DNA of 64,000 nt from Candidatus Latescibacterota bacterium (GCA_965197905.1 CBDAOB010000004.1:1056001-1120000); one strand, 5' to 3'; shown: positions 28,356-39,041, counted from the first letter of the stretch. The notes: generated from the sequence alone by a model not told the origin. Program-made: numbers and translations.

Positions 28356-29192
28356 TCAGCAATCCAAGGACGGGCGTTCGAAGCGGCTTGCCTGGGAGGG
28401 TTCCAACGCTACATCCTGCTTCAAGCGAATAGGGGTAATGGAAACCTCGTCGCGCTCAAGGGCGGCGAGGTCCCCGTCAGGATTTGCGGCGCGCTCGAGC
28501 TGGATGGGGCCGTGCCGGAAATTGTTCGTCGCCTCCGCAGCTTCGAAGAAGGCGCCGTAGGTGCACGCCTCGAGGCCGGTAACGCGACGCCCGCATCGAG
28601 GTCCGATATCCAGAGGCATATTTACGTTGAGGAACGAGACGTCAGGCGGCAGTCCGGAACGCAGCAGTTCCTCGACGATCTCGAGCGTCACCTCTACTGC
28701 GCTTGCGGCGCGATCGGAAAACGTCGGGCTCAAAGGCTCGCGCCGACGCCAGCGGCCGTACTCGTCGGGATCGAGGCAGAGGGAAAACGCCGCCGCGGGG
28801 ATCCGGCTGAGCGCACATTCTGCCGCCGCGCCGACGGTACCAGAACTCATGAAGTAGGCCAGTCCCGCGTTCGTGCCCATGTTGATTCCGGAAACGGCGA
28901 GCATGGGGCAGCTGTCGAAGAGATTGTGAACGGCGATGTTGGCACAGTCGGCGGGATAACCCCCGTTCACCGTCCAGATCGGTATACCATCAATCTCGAC
29001 CTGCCGTGCTTTGAGGGTAGCGGATCGGGATAACATCTTACTCGTCCAGCTGCGTTCGTCGTTTGGCACGACTGCCCGCACTGCGGCGATCGCGGACAAT
29101 GCCCGGACCAGCGGAATCAAGGTTGGCGAATCCCGGCCATCGTCGTTGGTAACCAAGATCCATTGTTTACTACCCGATGTGTTCGAGGTCAC
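28356..29192 (-). CDS. surE: 5'/3'-nucleotidase SurE
   Basis: ILVTNDDG, GYPADC, SGINMGTN, SSGTVGAA and NVNMP. Confidence 0.92.
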   Translation of the reverse strand: MTSNTSGSKQWILVTNDDGRDSPTLIPLVRALSAIAAVRAVVPNDERSWTSKMLSRSATLKARQVEIDGIPIWTVNGGYPADCANIAVHNLFDSCPMLAVSGINMGTNAGLAYFMSSGTVGAAAECALSRIPAAAFSLCLDPDEYGRWRRREPLSPTFSDRAASAVEVTLEIVEELLRSGLPPDVSFLNVNMPLDIGPRCGRRVTGLEACTYGAFFEAAEATNNFRHGPIQLERAANPDGDLAALERDEVSITPIRLKQDVALEPSQASRFERPSLDC

Positions 29193-29311
29193 AGAAACAA
29201 CTCACGATTACGGATATTCTTGGAGTGTGCCGCCCTTCGCGACCAGCCGGGCCGCATATAATAACAAAATATTAGCTGTTCACGAACACGCGATTTGATT
29301 ATTTTTAGCGA

Positions 29312-29584
29312 ATGGATGACGTATCCGTTCTCCGGGAGCTGGAAAACCTGGCGGATGAGCTCGACTTAGAAATTCGTTACGAAACCATCGAGGGGAGTGG
29401 TGGTTTGTGTCGTGTTGGAGATAGACGATGCCTCATCCTGAACAGATCCTCGTCGCCGAACCAACTCGTTCGCGTACTCAGCCTGGCGCTGAGCCGCTTT
29501 CCCCTGGAAGATGTTTTCATCAACCCGCACGTGAGAGAGCTTCTGCAGGAGCGGGCGGGTCGGTCTCTCTTGAAGGCGTCGTAG
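29312..29584 (+). CDS. Conserved small hypothetical protein
   Basis: 90-aa ATG-started ORF with IRYE...GGLCRV and FINPHVRELL, filling the gap between surE and the large secreted-protein gene. Confidence 0.7.
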   Translation: MDDVSVLRELENLADELDLEIRYETIEGSGGLCRVGDRRCLILNRSSSPNQLVRVLSLALSRFPLEDVFINPHVRELLQERAGRSLLKAS

Positions 29585-29685
29585 TTTCTTCACGGAGCGA
29601 GACTGACCTCTCTGTTGACAGAGGAATTCTCTGCTGCGCCGCGCGCCCCCTTTCGCCTGAGAACCGCGAAGGAATCAAAAAGCCG

Positions 29686-32600
29686 ATGTTGCGCCCTTTG
29701 ATCTCATTGGCGGCGTTCTGCTGCCTGCTCGTCGCCCATCCCACGGATGCTCTGCGGTTCTACGTCGACGGTACGCCGGCGGTCAACGATACCACATCGC
29801 CTGTCGGCGACGACCGCCGCAGCGTCCAGAGTGCGCAGGTTTCTTCGACTCCGCTCAAAACCATAACCCAGGCCCTGAAGCTGGCACATCTGATCTCGGA
29901 AGGCCGTCCCCACGTCATCCAGATCGCGCCAGGCACCTATTCTCCAAGTCGGGGCGAGACGTTTCCGTTGGTGGTGACCGATCCGAACGTCTTCATGGAA
30001 ACGACGGGATTGACCGTTTTCGATGCCGAAGGCCTCACCAATCACCTCGAGATCACCGCCGCCACGCCCGATTTTCTTTTAAACGGAATCGACTTCGTAA
30101 ACGGCTTGTCTGACAGCGGCGGCGTCGTCCAGGCGAAAACCTGCTCGTTGCGGGTGGTAAACTGCCGCTTCTTCGATAACCGCGCGACCGCTGCGGGTCA
30201 CGTGATCTACTCGAAAGACGGCCGGCTTCGGTTCTTCAACAATGTTCTGCGCAACAACGGTGGTTTCGAGGACACCACAGCCGTCATCGAGATTCATCAC
30301 ACCTTCGCCGACACCAGCCAAAGGGACCAGATCCGGAACAATACGTTCTACCGGAATTCGGCGCCGGCGATCGAGTCGTCTGGAAATCGCACGGATATAA
30401 GCAACAACATCTTCCTCGATCCGGGCTCTCCCGCACTGCGCGATCTGTCTACGGCAGAGGATCCGCTGTTGCGCTACAATCTGTTTTGGGAAGCGAATGT
30501 ACTCTACATCTCCGACAAGTCGGACACCGTACAGATCGCCAAGGCCTCCTTCGACACCTTGCAGTTTTCCGAAGTGGGAATATCCGTACCGTCCTTCGTA
30601 ACCATAGCCCCGCCCGTCAAAACCCTGCTGGCGATTGTCGACACGGTTACTCTCGAAGAGTTGGGACTGCGAGTCCCAGCGTTTGTGACCAATGTTCCCG
30701 ACACCCTCGGCACGGTGAATCAAAACTACAGCTATACGATCTCGGTGTCGGGCGACTCCAGCCTGTACGGATTCAAAGGGGTCACTCTACCGTCGACCGT
30801 ATCGTCGCAAACCCTGGAGCAGAACCGGCGAATCGAATGGACTCCAACGCTCAACGACACCGGACGGACCCAGATCAAGGTCGAGATTACCGCCCCAGGA
30901 GGAGCCGTCGACACACTCGAGTATCCGGTGGCGGTTTTCACGGTGCCTAACTTTCCGGACACGACTGTCTTTATTCCGGTGTTGAACGATACGGGACGCA
31001 CTATCGGGATGGCGACCGAAGACATCCGTATCGAGGTGCCGCATACGGCGGGAGAGAGCTACAACTTCAGGATTGAGGTGGAGGGCAACCGATCGGCCTA
31101 CAACTTCAACCCGCTGATCCTGCCGGCGGGTGTCTCCAGCTCCGACGTTGACAATCTCGGAGAGATCAACTGGGCGACGACGCTTGCCGATACCGGCAGC
31201 AACCAGATTCAGGTGGAAATCATAGATCCCACCGGCAATCTCGGTACTTTGGACTACAAGGTGCGGGTGTTCTCGAGCGCGACCTTTCCCGATACCAGCC
31301 TGAAGGGGGATGTCATAACGGCGACGGTCGTTCAGGACACCACCAGTGCCATTAATTCGCTGAACGCTTTGATTCCCAGTTTCTCATCCGCAGCAAGTGC
31401 GGGGGGCAACCTTTTCGCCAATCCGGCCTTCCTCGACACCACCATCAACCGCTTCGAGCTGGTGGTGGGATCGCCGGCCATTGACGCTGGAAACCCCGTG
31501 GTTGCCGTTCAGGACGGGACTGTAAATCGGAACAACATTGGCAACGATGGCGGGCCCACCCATGCGGGTGCGCCGACTCCCGGCACCTTCTCCGAGCTAA
31601 AAGTCACCTCCCTGCCCGACAGCTTGGCTACGGAGGGCGTGGCCTACAACTTCGACGTGACCTTGGACCCCAGCACCAGCATCAATCTGGTCGACCTGCT
31701 TCAGGGGCCACCGACCATGGCAGCCGCGTTCGGCCAAAAACCTCCGATCCAATGGACACCAACCATAGCAGACACAGGCACGTTTCAGGTGGGAATCATC
31801 GTCTTCACCAACAGTGGCCAGGGACGGCAGTACTATCCGATTCGCGTTCGGCCCCTCAATAACAACCCGGTTATCGGCAGCAACCCCGATCTGTCCGCTT
31901 TCGAGGATTCGCTCTATACCTACTCACTGTCGGCCACCGACGCCAACGGAGACACCCTTTCCTTCTCCCTCGTCGACGGTCCCCAGGCAATGACGGTGGA
32001 CAGCACCAGCGGCTTGGTCCAATGGCTGCCCGCGCAGGCCGATATAGGCTCGGTTGCGGTGACGGTGCGGGTCGAGGACGGCAAGGGTGGTTTCGCCTTG
32101 CAGCCATTTAACCTTCAGGTATCGAATACCAACGATCTCCCGCAGCTGACCAGCACTCCCGATTCGGCTGCCGTCGAGGATGTTCTTTTTTCCTACGCCA
32201 TCGCTGCCACCGATTCCGATCCGGCCGACACCTTGAGCTACAGCGTCACTGCCGGTCCAGCTGCTGCCTCCATCGACACCGCGGGGTTGTTCACCTGGAC
32301 ACCGATACAAGCAGACGTTGGAGCGCAACAGTTCACCGTTCGGGTCGCCGATCAGGTCGGCGGCGCCGTGACGCAGAGCTTTTCCGTTGTGGTAGCCGAG
32401 GTCGACGACCCGCCGGTAATCAGCTCAACACCCGACACGCTAGCCTCGGAAGATTTGTTGTACACCTATGCCCTGTCCGCACTCGATGAAGAGGGCGGCC
32501 AGCTTACGTTCGAGCTCATCGGACCTGTAGGCATGTCCATCGACACCACTGGCACCGTGCAGTGGACCCCTGCCTCCGCCGACATCGGTAACCAGACCGT

Positions 32601-34608
32601 AGAGATCCGCATACGGGATCCCGGCGGTCTGCAGTCCATTCAATCCTTTCAATTGCAAGTGTTGGCCGTCAATGACCCACCCGTGATCGACCAGCGCAGT
32701 CCCGTCGACTCGCTGCTGATTGCTACAACGGGCGTGGCCATTGCCTTCAGCGCCACCGTAGAAGACGAGGAGAGCGACGCGCTCGTTCTCGCCTGGCTCG
32801 TTGACGGATCGGTCCAATCGGGGGCAGCCGCAAGCGAATTCTCCTACACGCCAAGCTCGGCAGGTGTCGATACAGTTACCCTGCGGGCCACGGATCCGAC
32901 GGACACCACCACGACGATCTGGATCGTCGATTCTCGGGAAATTGCGCGCGTCAGCGTGGCGACGGACACCGTTGATTTTGGTGACGTGGGGCTTGGAGAT
33001 ACGACTCAGACCACCTTGATCGTCGGCAACACCGGTCGCGTCGCTCTCGAAATCAGCAATCTTTCCCTGGGGAATCTGCAGTTTGGCGCCAGCTTCGGTA
33101 CCGCTGTCGTCAGCGCGGGAGGGGAAACCACCCTGGAAATCCTCTTCTCTCCCGGCGCTCGCGGATCGATCCAGAGCCAAATCTCGTTTACCACCAATGA
33201 TCCAGATCAAGGCAGCATTTCCATCCCGCTGCGTTCACGAGGAGTGGTTCCGACGGTTCTGGCGCTGGATCTCGATCCGACAACCGGCTCGCAGGAGTTG
33301 TCCGAAGCTGCGGTCTCACCGGGAGAGACGGTGTCAGTTGCGATATACGCCGCCTCCAGCCTGCAATTGGTGAGCTACGATCTGCTGCTGCGCTATGACC
33401 CTGACATCCTTACACCAGACAGCTTTTCCATCAACGCCGCGGGTGAAAGCAACGTACTGGAGGTGATCGGGAACACGGTTACGGGAAGCAGCAGCTCCCC
33501 TGACGGTACGACCTTCAAGGTCGCCGCCACAACGCAGGCCGGTGCGTCGGGGATTTCAGATTCGGGTCTTTTGGGGATCGCCACGTTTCAGGTATCGTCC
33601 ACGGTGGTACCCACGGGACAATCGACCTCCATCGAATTGGCACAGGCATTGTTGAAAAGCGCCGACCAAAGTGCGCCCGATACGATTGCCGCCGCCGCCC
33701 AGGCTGTGGTAACCCTGCGTTCGGCGTTGCAGGGCGATTTCAACCTGGACGGGGTCGTGAACTTCGACGACTTCTTCCTCTTCGCAGACCATTTCGGAAC
33801 GACACCTATGTCCGCGAATTGGGACCCGATTTACGATCTCAATCAACTGGGCAGTTCGACCGCCAGGATCGACTTCGACGATTTCTTCCTTTTCGCGGAT
33901 GGATTCGGCGCCACCGGGAAACGTCTGCCGAAGGAGGAAAGTCCCTCGCCGCTGTGGTTGATGGCCGATCTCGAGAGCAGTGCCCCTAACAGAGTTGACA
34001 TCGACCTTTTGTGGCAGGAGTCAACGCCGTTGCGGGGATTTGTGGTCGCTCTCGAATACGATCCGAATGTGCTCGTTTTCCGGGCTTACCATCCGGCACC
34101 AGACCGGGATCCGCTTCCCTGGGTGCAGGAGACGACGGGCCAGGTGCTGGTCGCCATCGGGTTGAACGCAAGTGGGGAGCCATTCGCAGGTGACGATCTG
34201 GGACGTCTGGAATTCGAGCGCTTGAAGCCGGAGGGCACTACCTTGCGGGTTCCGGGTACCGTGAGCTACAGCGGAGTAAGTTCCGCAGTGCACGGCGCGC
34301 CACCCGACCTGGCGATAGAGAAGCTGCCCAGCAGCTACCTGCTATTCCCACCCTTCCCGAACCCGTTCAACCCCGAAACCGTGGTAAGGTTCTTCCTGCC
34401 CGAACCGGGTGAGGGGTCGATTCGCGTGTATGACCTTTTGGGTCGTCGGGTTCAAACCCTGACAAACGGAGAGCTGACCGCCGGCTACCACCGTCTGAAG
34501 TGGTCGGGTCGAGATGACAACGGCCGGGAAGTTGGGGCCGGCGTCTACCTGATTCTGCTCGAGGTGGAAGGCAATCGGCAGGTCCGGAAGCTGATGCTTC
34601 TCAAATAG
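29686..34608 (+). CDS. Large secreted multidomain protein (DUF1565/beta-helix, Ig/cadherin-like repeats, cohesin-like, dockerin-like, FlgD/T9SS-like C-terminus)
   Basis: Signal peptide from ATG 29686, PLKTITQAL/APGTY, repeated WTP..ADxG Ig modules, twin DFDDFFLFAD-type repeats, and FPNPFNPET...GVYL...RKLMLLK. Confidence 0.85.
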   Translation: MLRPLISLAAFCCLLVAHPTDALRFYVDGTPAVNDTTSPVGDDRRSVQSAQVSSTPLKTITQALKLAHLISEGRPHVIQIAPGTYSPSRGETFPLVVTDPNVFMETTGLTVFDAEGLTNHLEITAATPDFLLNGIDFVNGLSDSGGVVQAKTCSLRVVNCRFFDNRATAAGHVIYSKDGRLRFFNNVLRNNGGFEDTTAVIEIHHTFADTSQRDQIRNNTFYRNSAPAIESSGNRTDISNNIFLDPGSPALRDLSTAEDPLLRYNLFWEANVLYISDKSDTVQIAKASFDTLQFSEVGISVPSFVTIAPPVKTLLAIVDTVTLEELGLRVPAFVTNVPDTLGTVNQNYSYTISVSGDSSLYGFKGVTLPSTVSSQTLEQNRRIEWTPTLNDTGRTQIKVEITAPGGAVDTLEYPVAVFTVPNFPDTTVFIPVLNDTGRTIGMATEDIRIEVPHTAGESYNFRIEVEGNRSAYNFNPLILPAGVSSSDVDNLGEINWATTLADTGSNQIQVEIIDPTGNLGTLDYKVRVFSSATFPDTSLKGDVITATVVQDTTSAINSLNALIPSFSSAASAGGNLFANPAFLDTTINRFELVVGSPAIDAGNPVVAVQDGTVNRNNIGNDGGPTHAGAPTPGTFSELKVTSLPDSLATEGVAYNFDVTLDPSTSINLVDLLQGPPTMAAAFGQKPPIQWTPTIADTGTFQVGIIVFTNSGQGRQYYPIRVRPLNNNPVIGSNPDLSAFEDSLYTYSLSATDANGDTLSFSLVDGPQAMTVDSTSGLVQWLPAQADIGSVAVTVRVEDGKGGFALQPFNLQVSNTNDLPQLTSTPDSAAVEDVLFSYAIAATDSDPADTLSYSVTAGPAAASIDTAGLFTWTPIQADVGAQQFTVRVADQVGGAVTQSFSVVVAEVDDPPVISSTPDTLASEDLLYTYALSALDEEGGQLTFELIGPVGMSIDTTGTVQWTPASADIGNQTVEIRIRDPGGLQSIQSFQLQVLAVNDPPVIDQRSPVDSLLIATTGVAIAFSATVEDEESDALVLAWLVDGSVQSGAAASEFSYTPSSAGVDTVTLRATDPTDTTTTIWIVDSREIARVSVATDTVDFGDVGLGDTTQTTLIVGNTGRVALEISNLSLGNLQFGASFGTAVVSAGGETTLEILFSPGARGSIQSQISFTTNDPDQGSISIPLRSRGVVPTVLALDLDPTTGSQELSEAAVSPGETVSVAIYAASSLQLVSYDLLLRYDPDILTPDSFSINAAGESNVLEVIGNTVTGSSSSPDGTTFKVAATTQAGASGISDSGLLGIATFQVSSTVVPTGQSTSIELAQALLKSADQSAPDTIAAAAQAVVTLRSALQGDFNLDGVVNFDDFFLFADHFGTTPMSANWDPIYDLNQLGSSTARIDFDDFFLFADGFGATGKRLPKEESPSPLWLMADLESSAPNRVDIDLLWQESTPLRGFVVALEYDPNVLVFRAYHPAPDRDPLPWVQETTGQVLVAIGLNASGEPFAGDDLGRLEFERLKPEGTTLRVPGTVSYSGVSSAVHGAPPDLAIEKLPSSYLLFPPFPNPFNPETVVRFFLPEPGEGSIRVYDLLGRRVQTLTNGELTAGYHRLKWSGRDDNGREVGAGVYLILLEVEGNRQVRKLMLLK

Positions 34609-34623
34609 CCGACGGTGTCACCG

Positions 34624-34652
34624 TTGACACCCACACCGTCCGCCCCTACTTT
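34624..34652 (+). promoter_or_regulatory. Sigma70 promoter of rpmI-rplT
   Basis: TTGACA-17 bp-TACTTT. Confidence 0.7.
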
Positions 34653-34682
34653 GTTTGTTTCGGGAAATTTGAAGAGATAGCC

Positions 34683-34880
34683 ATGCCTAAGATTCGAACC
34701 CACAAAGCTTCGGCCAAACGTATCAAGAAACGCAGATCCGGTAGTCTCAAACGCCGCAACGCCTACGCGACACACATATTGGGCAAGAAGTCGACGAAGC
34801 GGAAACGTGGGTTCCGCAAGAACGAACCGATCGCGCCGGCCGATCAGCATCTGGTAAGACGCGCCCTGAATCTGAAATAA
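34683..34880 (+). CDS. rpmI: 50S ribosomal protein L35
   Basis: MPKIRTHKASAKR...HILGKKS. Confidence 0.96.
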   Translation: MPKIRTHKASAKRIKKRRSGSLKRRNAYATHILGKKSTKRKRGFRKNEPIAPADQHLVRRALNLK

Positions 34881-34889
34881 GAGTCGATC

Positions 34890-35243
34890 GTGCCCCGCGC
34901 TACCAATAGTGTCTCCTCTCGCAGACGTCGCAAAAAGGTCCTCAAGCTGGCCAAAGGGTACTGGGGCGGACGCAGTCGCCTATTCCGCACCGCCCGGGAG
35001 GCTGTCGATCGCGCCCAGCGATACGCCTACCGTGACCGCCGTAGACGCAAGAGAGATCTCCGCCGCCTCTGGATTGTCAGAATCAACGCTGCGGCCCGCT
35101 TGAACGGTCTGTCCTACAGCCAGCTCATATACGGACTTGGTCGCGCCGGAGTCGAGATCAATCGCAAGATACTGGCCGACTTGGCCGTCCGCGACCCCGA
35201 AGCCTTTGCCGCCGTGGCGGCGGAGGCGAAGTCTCAGTTTTAA
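34890..35243 (+). CDS. rplT: 50S ribosomal protein L20
   Basis: [22 protein letters not shown] and NRKILADLA. Confidence 0.98.
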   Translation: MPRATNSVSSRRRRKKVLKLAKGYWGGRSRLFRTAREAVDRAQRYAYRDRRRRKRDLRRLWIVRINAAARLNGLSYSQLIYGLGRAGVEINRKILADLAVRDPEAFAAVAAEAKSQF

Positions 35244-35336
35244 CAGTTTCCCCCCGTAAAGCCCGACTCCATTGACCGTCATTTTCTCGCGGTCTACATT
35301 CGGCGATTCCGCCTTCTGTTGTAGAATCAGGTACTT

Positions 35337-36347
35337 ATGTTGGAAGAAATAGAGCATCTGAAAGTCAGTGCCCTGGCTGAAATCGAGGCCGCTACCGACC
35401 CCAGCGCGGTCGACGAGTTGCGCGTCAGACATCTGGGACGCAGGAGCCGGCTGCGAGACATCATGGGAAGAATCGGTGAACTTTCGCCGGCGGAGCGCCC
35501 TGCCATTGGCAAGGCAAGCGGCGATGCCCAGACGGCGATCCAGGCCGCCTTGGAAGAGCAACTGCAGAAGGTCGAGGATACCGGTGGCGAGGACGCGTTC
35601 GACGTGACATTGCCGGGTCGGCGACCGTTGGCCGGAAAGCTGCACCCGTTGGGACGCTTGGCGGACGAGCTCGTCGATATCTTCCGCCTCCTGGGATTCA
35701 GCGTTGCAGACGGACCGGAGATTGAAGACGAATACCACAATTTCGATGCCCTGAATACCCCCGTGGACCATCCGGCGCGGGACCTCCACGACACCTTCTA
35801 CCTGAAAAATGGCAGCCTGCTGAGAACCCACACGTCCACGGTTCAGATCCGGGTCATGGAGACGGTGCAGCCACCCGTAAAAGTGATTTCTCTAGGACGC
35901 TGTTACCGGCGTGACACTGTGGATGCCACTCACCATTTCACCTTTCACCAGATTGAAGGGCTGAGTGTCGATGAAAATGTGTCCATGGCGGACCTGAAGG
36001 GCACGCTGGAACAGATGGGTCGCCAGCTGCTCGGCCGATCGACGAAGGTTCGATTTAGACCCCATTTCTTTCCGTTCACCGAACCGAGCATCGAATACGA
36101 TTTCTCCTGTTCCATCTGTGGCGCCTCCGGGGCGCGTTGCCGGGTTTGCAAAGGTACCGGTTGGATCGAGATCGGCGGCGCTGGTCTGGTGGATCCCGCC
36201 GTGTTCGAGGCAGTCGGGTACGATGCGGAGAGGTTCACCGGGTTCGCCTTCGGCATTGGCCTTGAACGCATGCTTATGATGCTACACGGCATCGATGACA
36301 TCCGCCTTTTTCTCGAGAACGACCTGCGATTTACACGTCGTTTCTGA
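35337..36347 (+). CDS. pheS: Phenylalanine-tRNA ligase alpha subunit
   Basis: HPARDLHDTFY, LRTHTS, FPFTEPS and GFAFGIGLER. Confidence 0.98.
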   Translation: MLEEIEHLKVSALAEIEAATDPSAVDELRVRHLGRRSRLRDIMGRIGELSPAERPAIGKASGDAQTAIQAALEEQLQKVEDTGGEDAFDVTLPGRRPLAGKLHPLGRLADELVDIFRLLGFSVADGPEIEDEYHNFDALNTPVDHPARDLHDTFYLKNGSLLRTHTSTVQIRVMETVQPPVKVISLGRCYRRDTVDATHHFTFHQIEGLSVDENVSMADLKGTLEQMGRQLLGRSTKVRFRPHFFPFTEPSIEYDFSCSICGASGARCRVCKGTGWIEIGGAGLVDPAVFEAVGYDAERFTGFAFGIGLERMLMMLHGIDDIRLFLENDLRFTRRF

Positions 36348-36362
36348 ACCCGAAGCAAAACC

Positions 36363-38741
36363 ATGAAGATTACCTACAACTGGCTCGGGGAGTACATAGA
36401 CCTGCCTTGGGATTGGGAGGAGCTCGTCGACCGCCTGACGATGTCAGGTTTGGAGATGGAGTCGGCCACCGACCTGCGAGAGGGGTTCGATGGAATCGTC
36501 GTGGGCAAGGTCCGAGCGGTAGAAAAACATCCCGATGCAGATCGCCTTCGCGTTTGTACGGTGGACCTTGGTGTTTCCGTGGAGACCATCGTCTGTGGCG
36601 CACCGAATGTGGAAAGCGGCCAATCGGTTGCCGTCTGTCTGCCCGGCCAGCGTCTGCCGGATGGTACCCTTATCGAGCGGGCGAAAATCCGGGGGATCGA
36701 ATCCGCGGGCATGATCTGTTCGGAGGTGGAGCTGGGCATCGGCGAGGATTCCAGTGGCATTCTGGTGCTGACGTCAGAGGTCGAAACCGGCCGTCCGTTC
36801 GCCGAGCAAACCGGACGCGATGATATCCAGATCGATTTCGAGGTCACGCCGAACAGACCGGACTGTCTAAGTATCCTCGGAATCGCCCGGGAGGTAAGGG
36901 TGCTTACGGGGGCGGAACTGCGATACCCAGGTAGCGCATCAAAAGAGGCCGGGCCGCCTGTCTCGGAAGCAATTGCGATCCAGGTGCAGGATCCGGATCT
37001 GTGTCCTCGGTACTGCGCTCGCGTTATCCGCAACCTAAGGGTGGGACCGTCACCCGACTGGCTCGTTCGTCGTCTCGGTGCGGTCGGCCTGCGTCCCATA
37101 AATAACGTGGTAGACATCACCAACTACGTCCTTATGGAGTTGGGCCATCCCCTGCATGCGTTCGATCTGCACAAGCTGGAATACGAGCAGGTGATCGTGC
37201 GCCGGGCGGGTGCCGGCGAATCAGTCGAGACATTGGACGGCGTTTCCCGCGAGTTGAATCCGGAGATTCTGGTGATCGCGGACGGTCGCAAACCGATCGC
37301 CGTGGCCGGCATCATGGGAGCTCGGGATACCGAGGTCGGCGTCGAAACCGTGGACGTGTTGCTGGAAAGCGCTTTCTTCGACGCCAAAACCGTCCGTCGC
37401 GGAAAGGCGACTCTGGGCATCCAATCGGAGGCGGCCATGCGATTCGAGCGCGGCGCCGATTTTTGCGCGGCCCCCATTGCGCTGGATCGAGCCGCTGGCC
37501 TCATGGCCGAAATCTCTGGTGGGGAGGTAGCTCCAGGCATGATTGACGTTGCCGCCGGCGATCCCAAATCGCACGAGATCTCTGCAAGGCTGTCGCGGAT
37601 CAAAAAGCTGCTGAGCGTCGATTTCGAGGATTCGAGGATTGTCGAGATTCTTGAATTATTGGGCTGCGAGGTCGAGCGGAAAGGGAACGATCTGTCTGTG
37701 GTTGCGCCCTCTTTTCGGCCGGATCTGGAACGGGAGGTCGATCTCGTCGAGGAGGTGGGGCGGATTCACGGCTATGGGAGCATCGAAGGAAGCACGGTCG
37801 TCAGCACCCCTGTCGGATTGTCTGTTGAATCCCAAATCGATGTGCAACGGGAAATCCGCAATCGCTTGAGCGGACTCGGTCTTGACGAGGTTGTGTCCAA
37901 TTCGATTGTCAACGACACCGGGATGAAATTTTTCGGAGATGTCGATGGCCGTCTGTGCCTTACCAATCCGCCCACGGAGGATCAACACATTCTCCGGCCC
38001 ACACTCCTTGGCAGCCTTCTTGAGGTGGCGCGGCGGAATTTCAATCAACGGGCTTCTACCGTTGCCGTCTTTGAGGTGGGCATGTGTTATCAAGCAGGCG
38101 GTGATGCGGAGGCTGTCTCCGAGCGCGTCCGTCTTGCCGGCCTTTGGGCGGGGAACGCCAGCAGATCACCGTGGCGGAACGAGCATCGCGACGTCGATTT
38201 CCTGGACCTCAAGGGGATTCTGGAAGCACTGCTAGCGGATCTGACACCGGAATTCCGCCCGCAGGAAGTCCCCTGGCTGCAGGGGGGTTGTTCAGCGTCG
38301 ATCGCTTTGAACGGGGGACCGTTGGGATTCCTGGGCGAAGTGGAGCCCAAGCTGTGCGGCGCCTTTGATCTGGAACGCAGGGTTTTTATCTTTGAAGTGG
38401 ATTTTGATACGCTGGCCGCAAGCTGGTCCCGTCCGAAAGCGGCCTACGATCCGTTGCCGAAGTTTCCCCCCATCGAACGCGACCTGGCGGTGGTCGTGCC
38501 GACGCACATAGGCAGCGGTGAAGTGGAATCCCATATTCTGGGTAGTTCGCCGGAGCTTATAGAAGCGGTGGAACTCTTTGACGTGTATCGAGGCGACCAG
38601 ATACCGCCCGAGCGCAAGAGCCTGGCCTATGCCATACGGATGCGCTCGCGGGAAAAGACCCTGGAGGATTCCGATGCGGATGCCATCGTGGAGGGGGCAT
38701 TGAGACGTCTTGGTGAACGCATTGGAGCGGAACTCCGTTAA
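36363..38741 (+). CDS. pheT: Phenylalanine-tRNA ligase beta subunit
   Basis: HPDADRL, CGAPN, TPNRPDCLS, RFERG and C-terminal FDX-ACB domain. Confidence 0.98.
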   Translation: MKITYNWLGEYIDLPWDWEELVDRLTMSGLEMESATDLREGFDGIVVGKVRAVEKHPDADRLRVCTVDLGVSVETIVCGAPNVESGQSVAVCLPGQRLPDGTLIERAKIRGIESAGMICSEVELGIGEDSSGILVLTSEVETGRPFAEQTGRDDIQIDFEVTPNRPDCLSILGIAREVRVLTGAELRYPGSASKEAGPPVSEAIAIQVQDPDLCPRYCARVIRNLRVGPSPDWLVRRLGAVGLRPINNVVDITNYVLMELGHPLHAFDLHKLEYEQVIVRRAGAGESVETLDGVSRELNPEILVIADGRKPIAVAGIMGARDTEVGVETVDVLLESAFFDAKTVRRGKATLGIQSEAAMRFERGADFCAAPIALDRAAGLMAEISGGEVAPGMIDVAAGDPKSHEISARLSRIKKLLSVDFEDSRIVEILELLGCEVERKGNDLSVVAPSFRPDLEREVDLVEEVGRIHGYGSIEGSTVVSTPVGLSVESQIDVQREIRNRLSGLGLDEVVSNSIVNDTGMKFFGDVDGRLCLTNPPTEDQHILRPTLLGSLLEVARRNFNQRASTVAVFEVGMCYQAGGDAEAVSERVRLAGLWAGNASRSPWRNEHRDVDFLDLKGILEALLADLTPEFRPQEVPWLQGGCSASIALNGGPLGFLGEVEPKLCGAFDLERRVFIFEVDFDTLAASWSRPKAAYDPLPKFPPIERDLAVVVPTHIGSGEVESHILGSSPELIEAVELFDVYRGDQIPPERKSLAYAIRMRSREKTLEDSDADAIVEGALRRLGERIGAELR

Positions 38742-38760
38742 CGGGAGTACTGTAGAGAAA

Positions 38761-39018
38761 ATGGCGGTAGACAGCAATTTCGAGCGGCTCGAGCAGGAAG
38801 TGAATCGCCTGGTGGAAGTATTGGAGCGGCTGCGCAGCGAAAACGCCACGAAGGATGAGGAGATTCAATCGTTGTCGAGCCAGAACGAGGCGTTGAAGTC
38901 GAATGTCGCACAATTGGAAACGGCCCAGACCGAAAGCGAGAACGCCGCGAAGATCCGCGAAGAGGTGAAATCGCGCATAGCTGGCATCCTGCAGAAGCTG
39001 GATGCCGTGGAACTCTGA
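38761..39018 (+). CDS. Coiled-coil cell division protein, ZapB-like
   Basis: Heptad coiled coil located between pheT and zapA. Confidence 0.7.
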   Translation: MAVDSNFERLEQEVNRLVEVLERLRSENATKDEEIQSLSSQNEALKSNVAQLETAQTESENAAKIREEVKSRIAGILQKLDAVEL

Positions 39019-39041
39019 CGACCGCTGCGAAGGACATCGAT

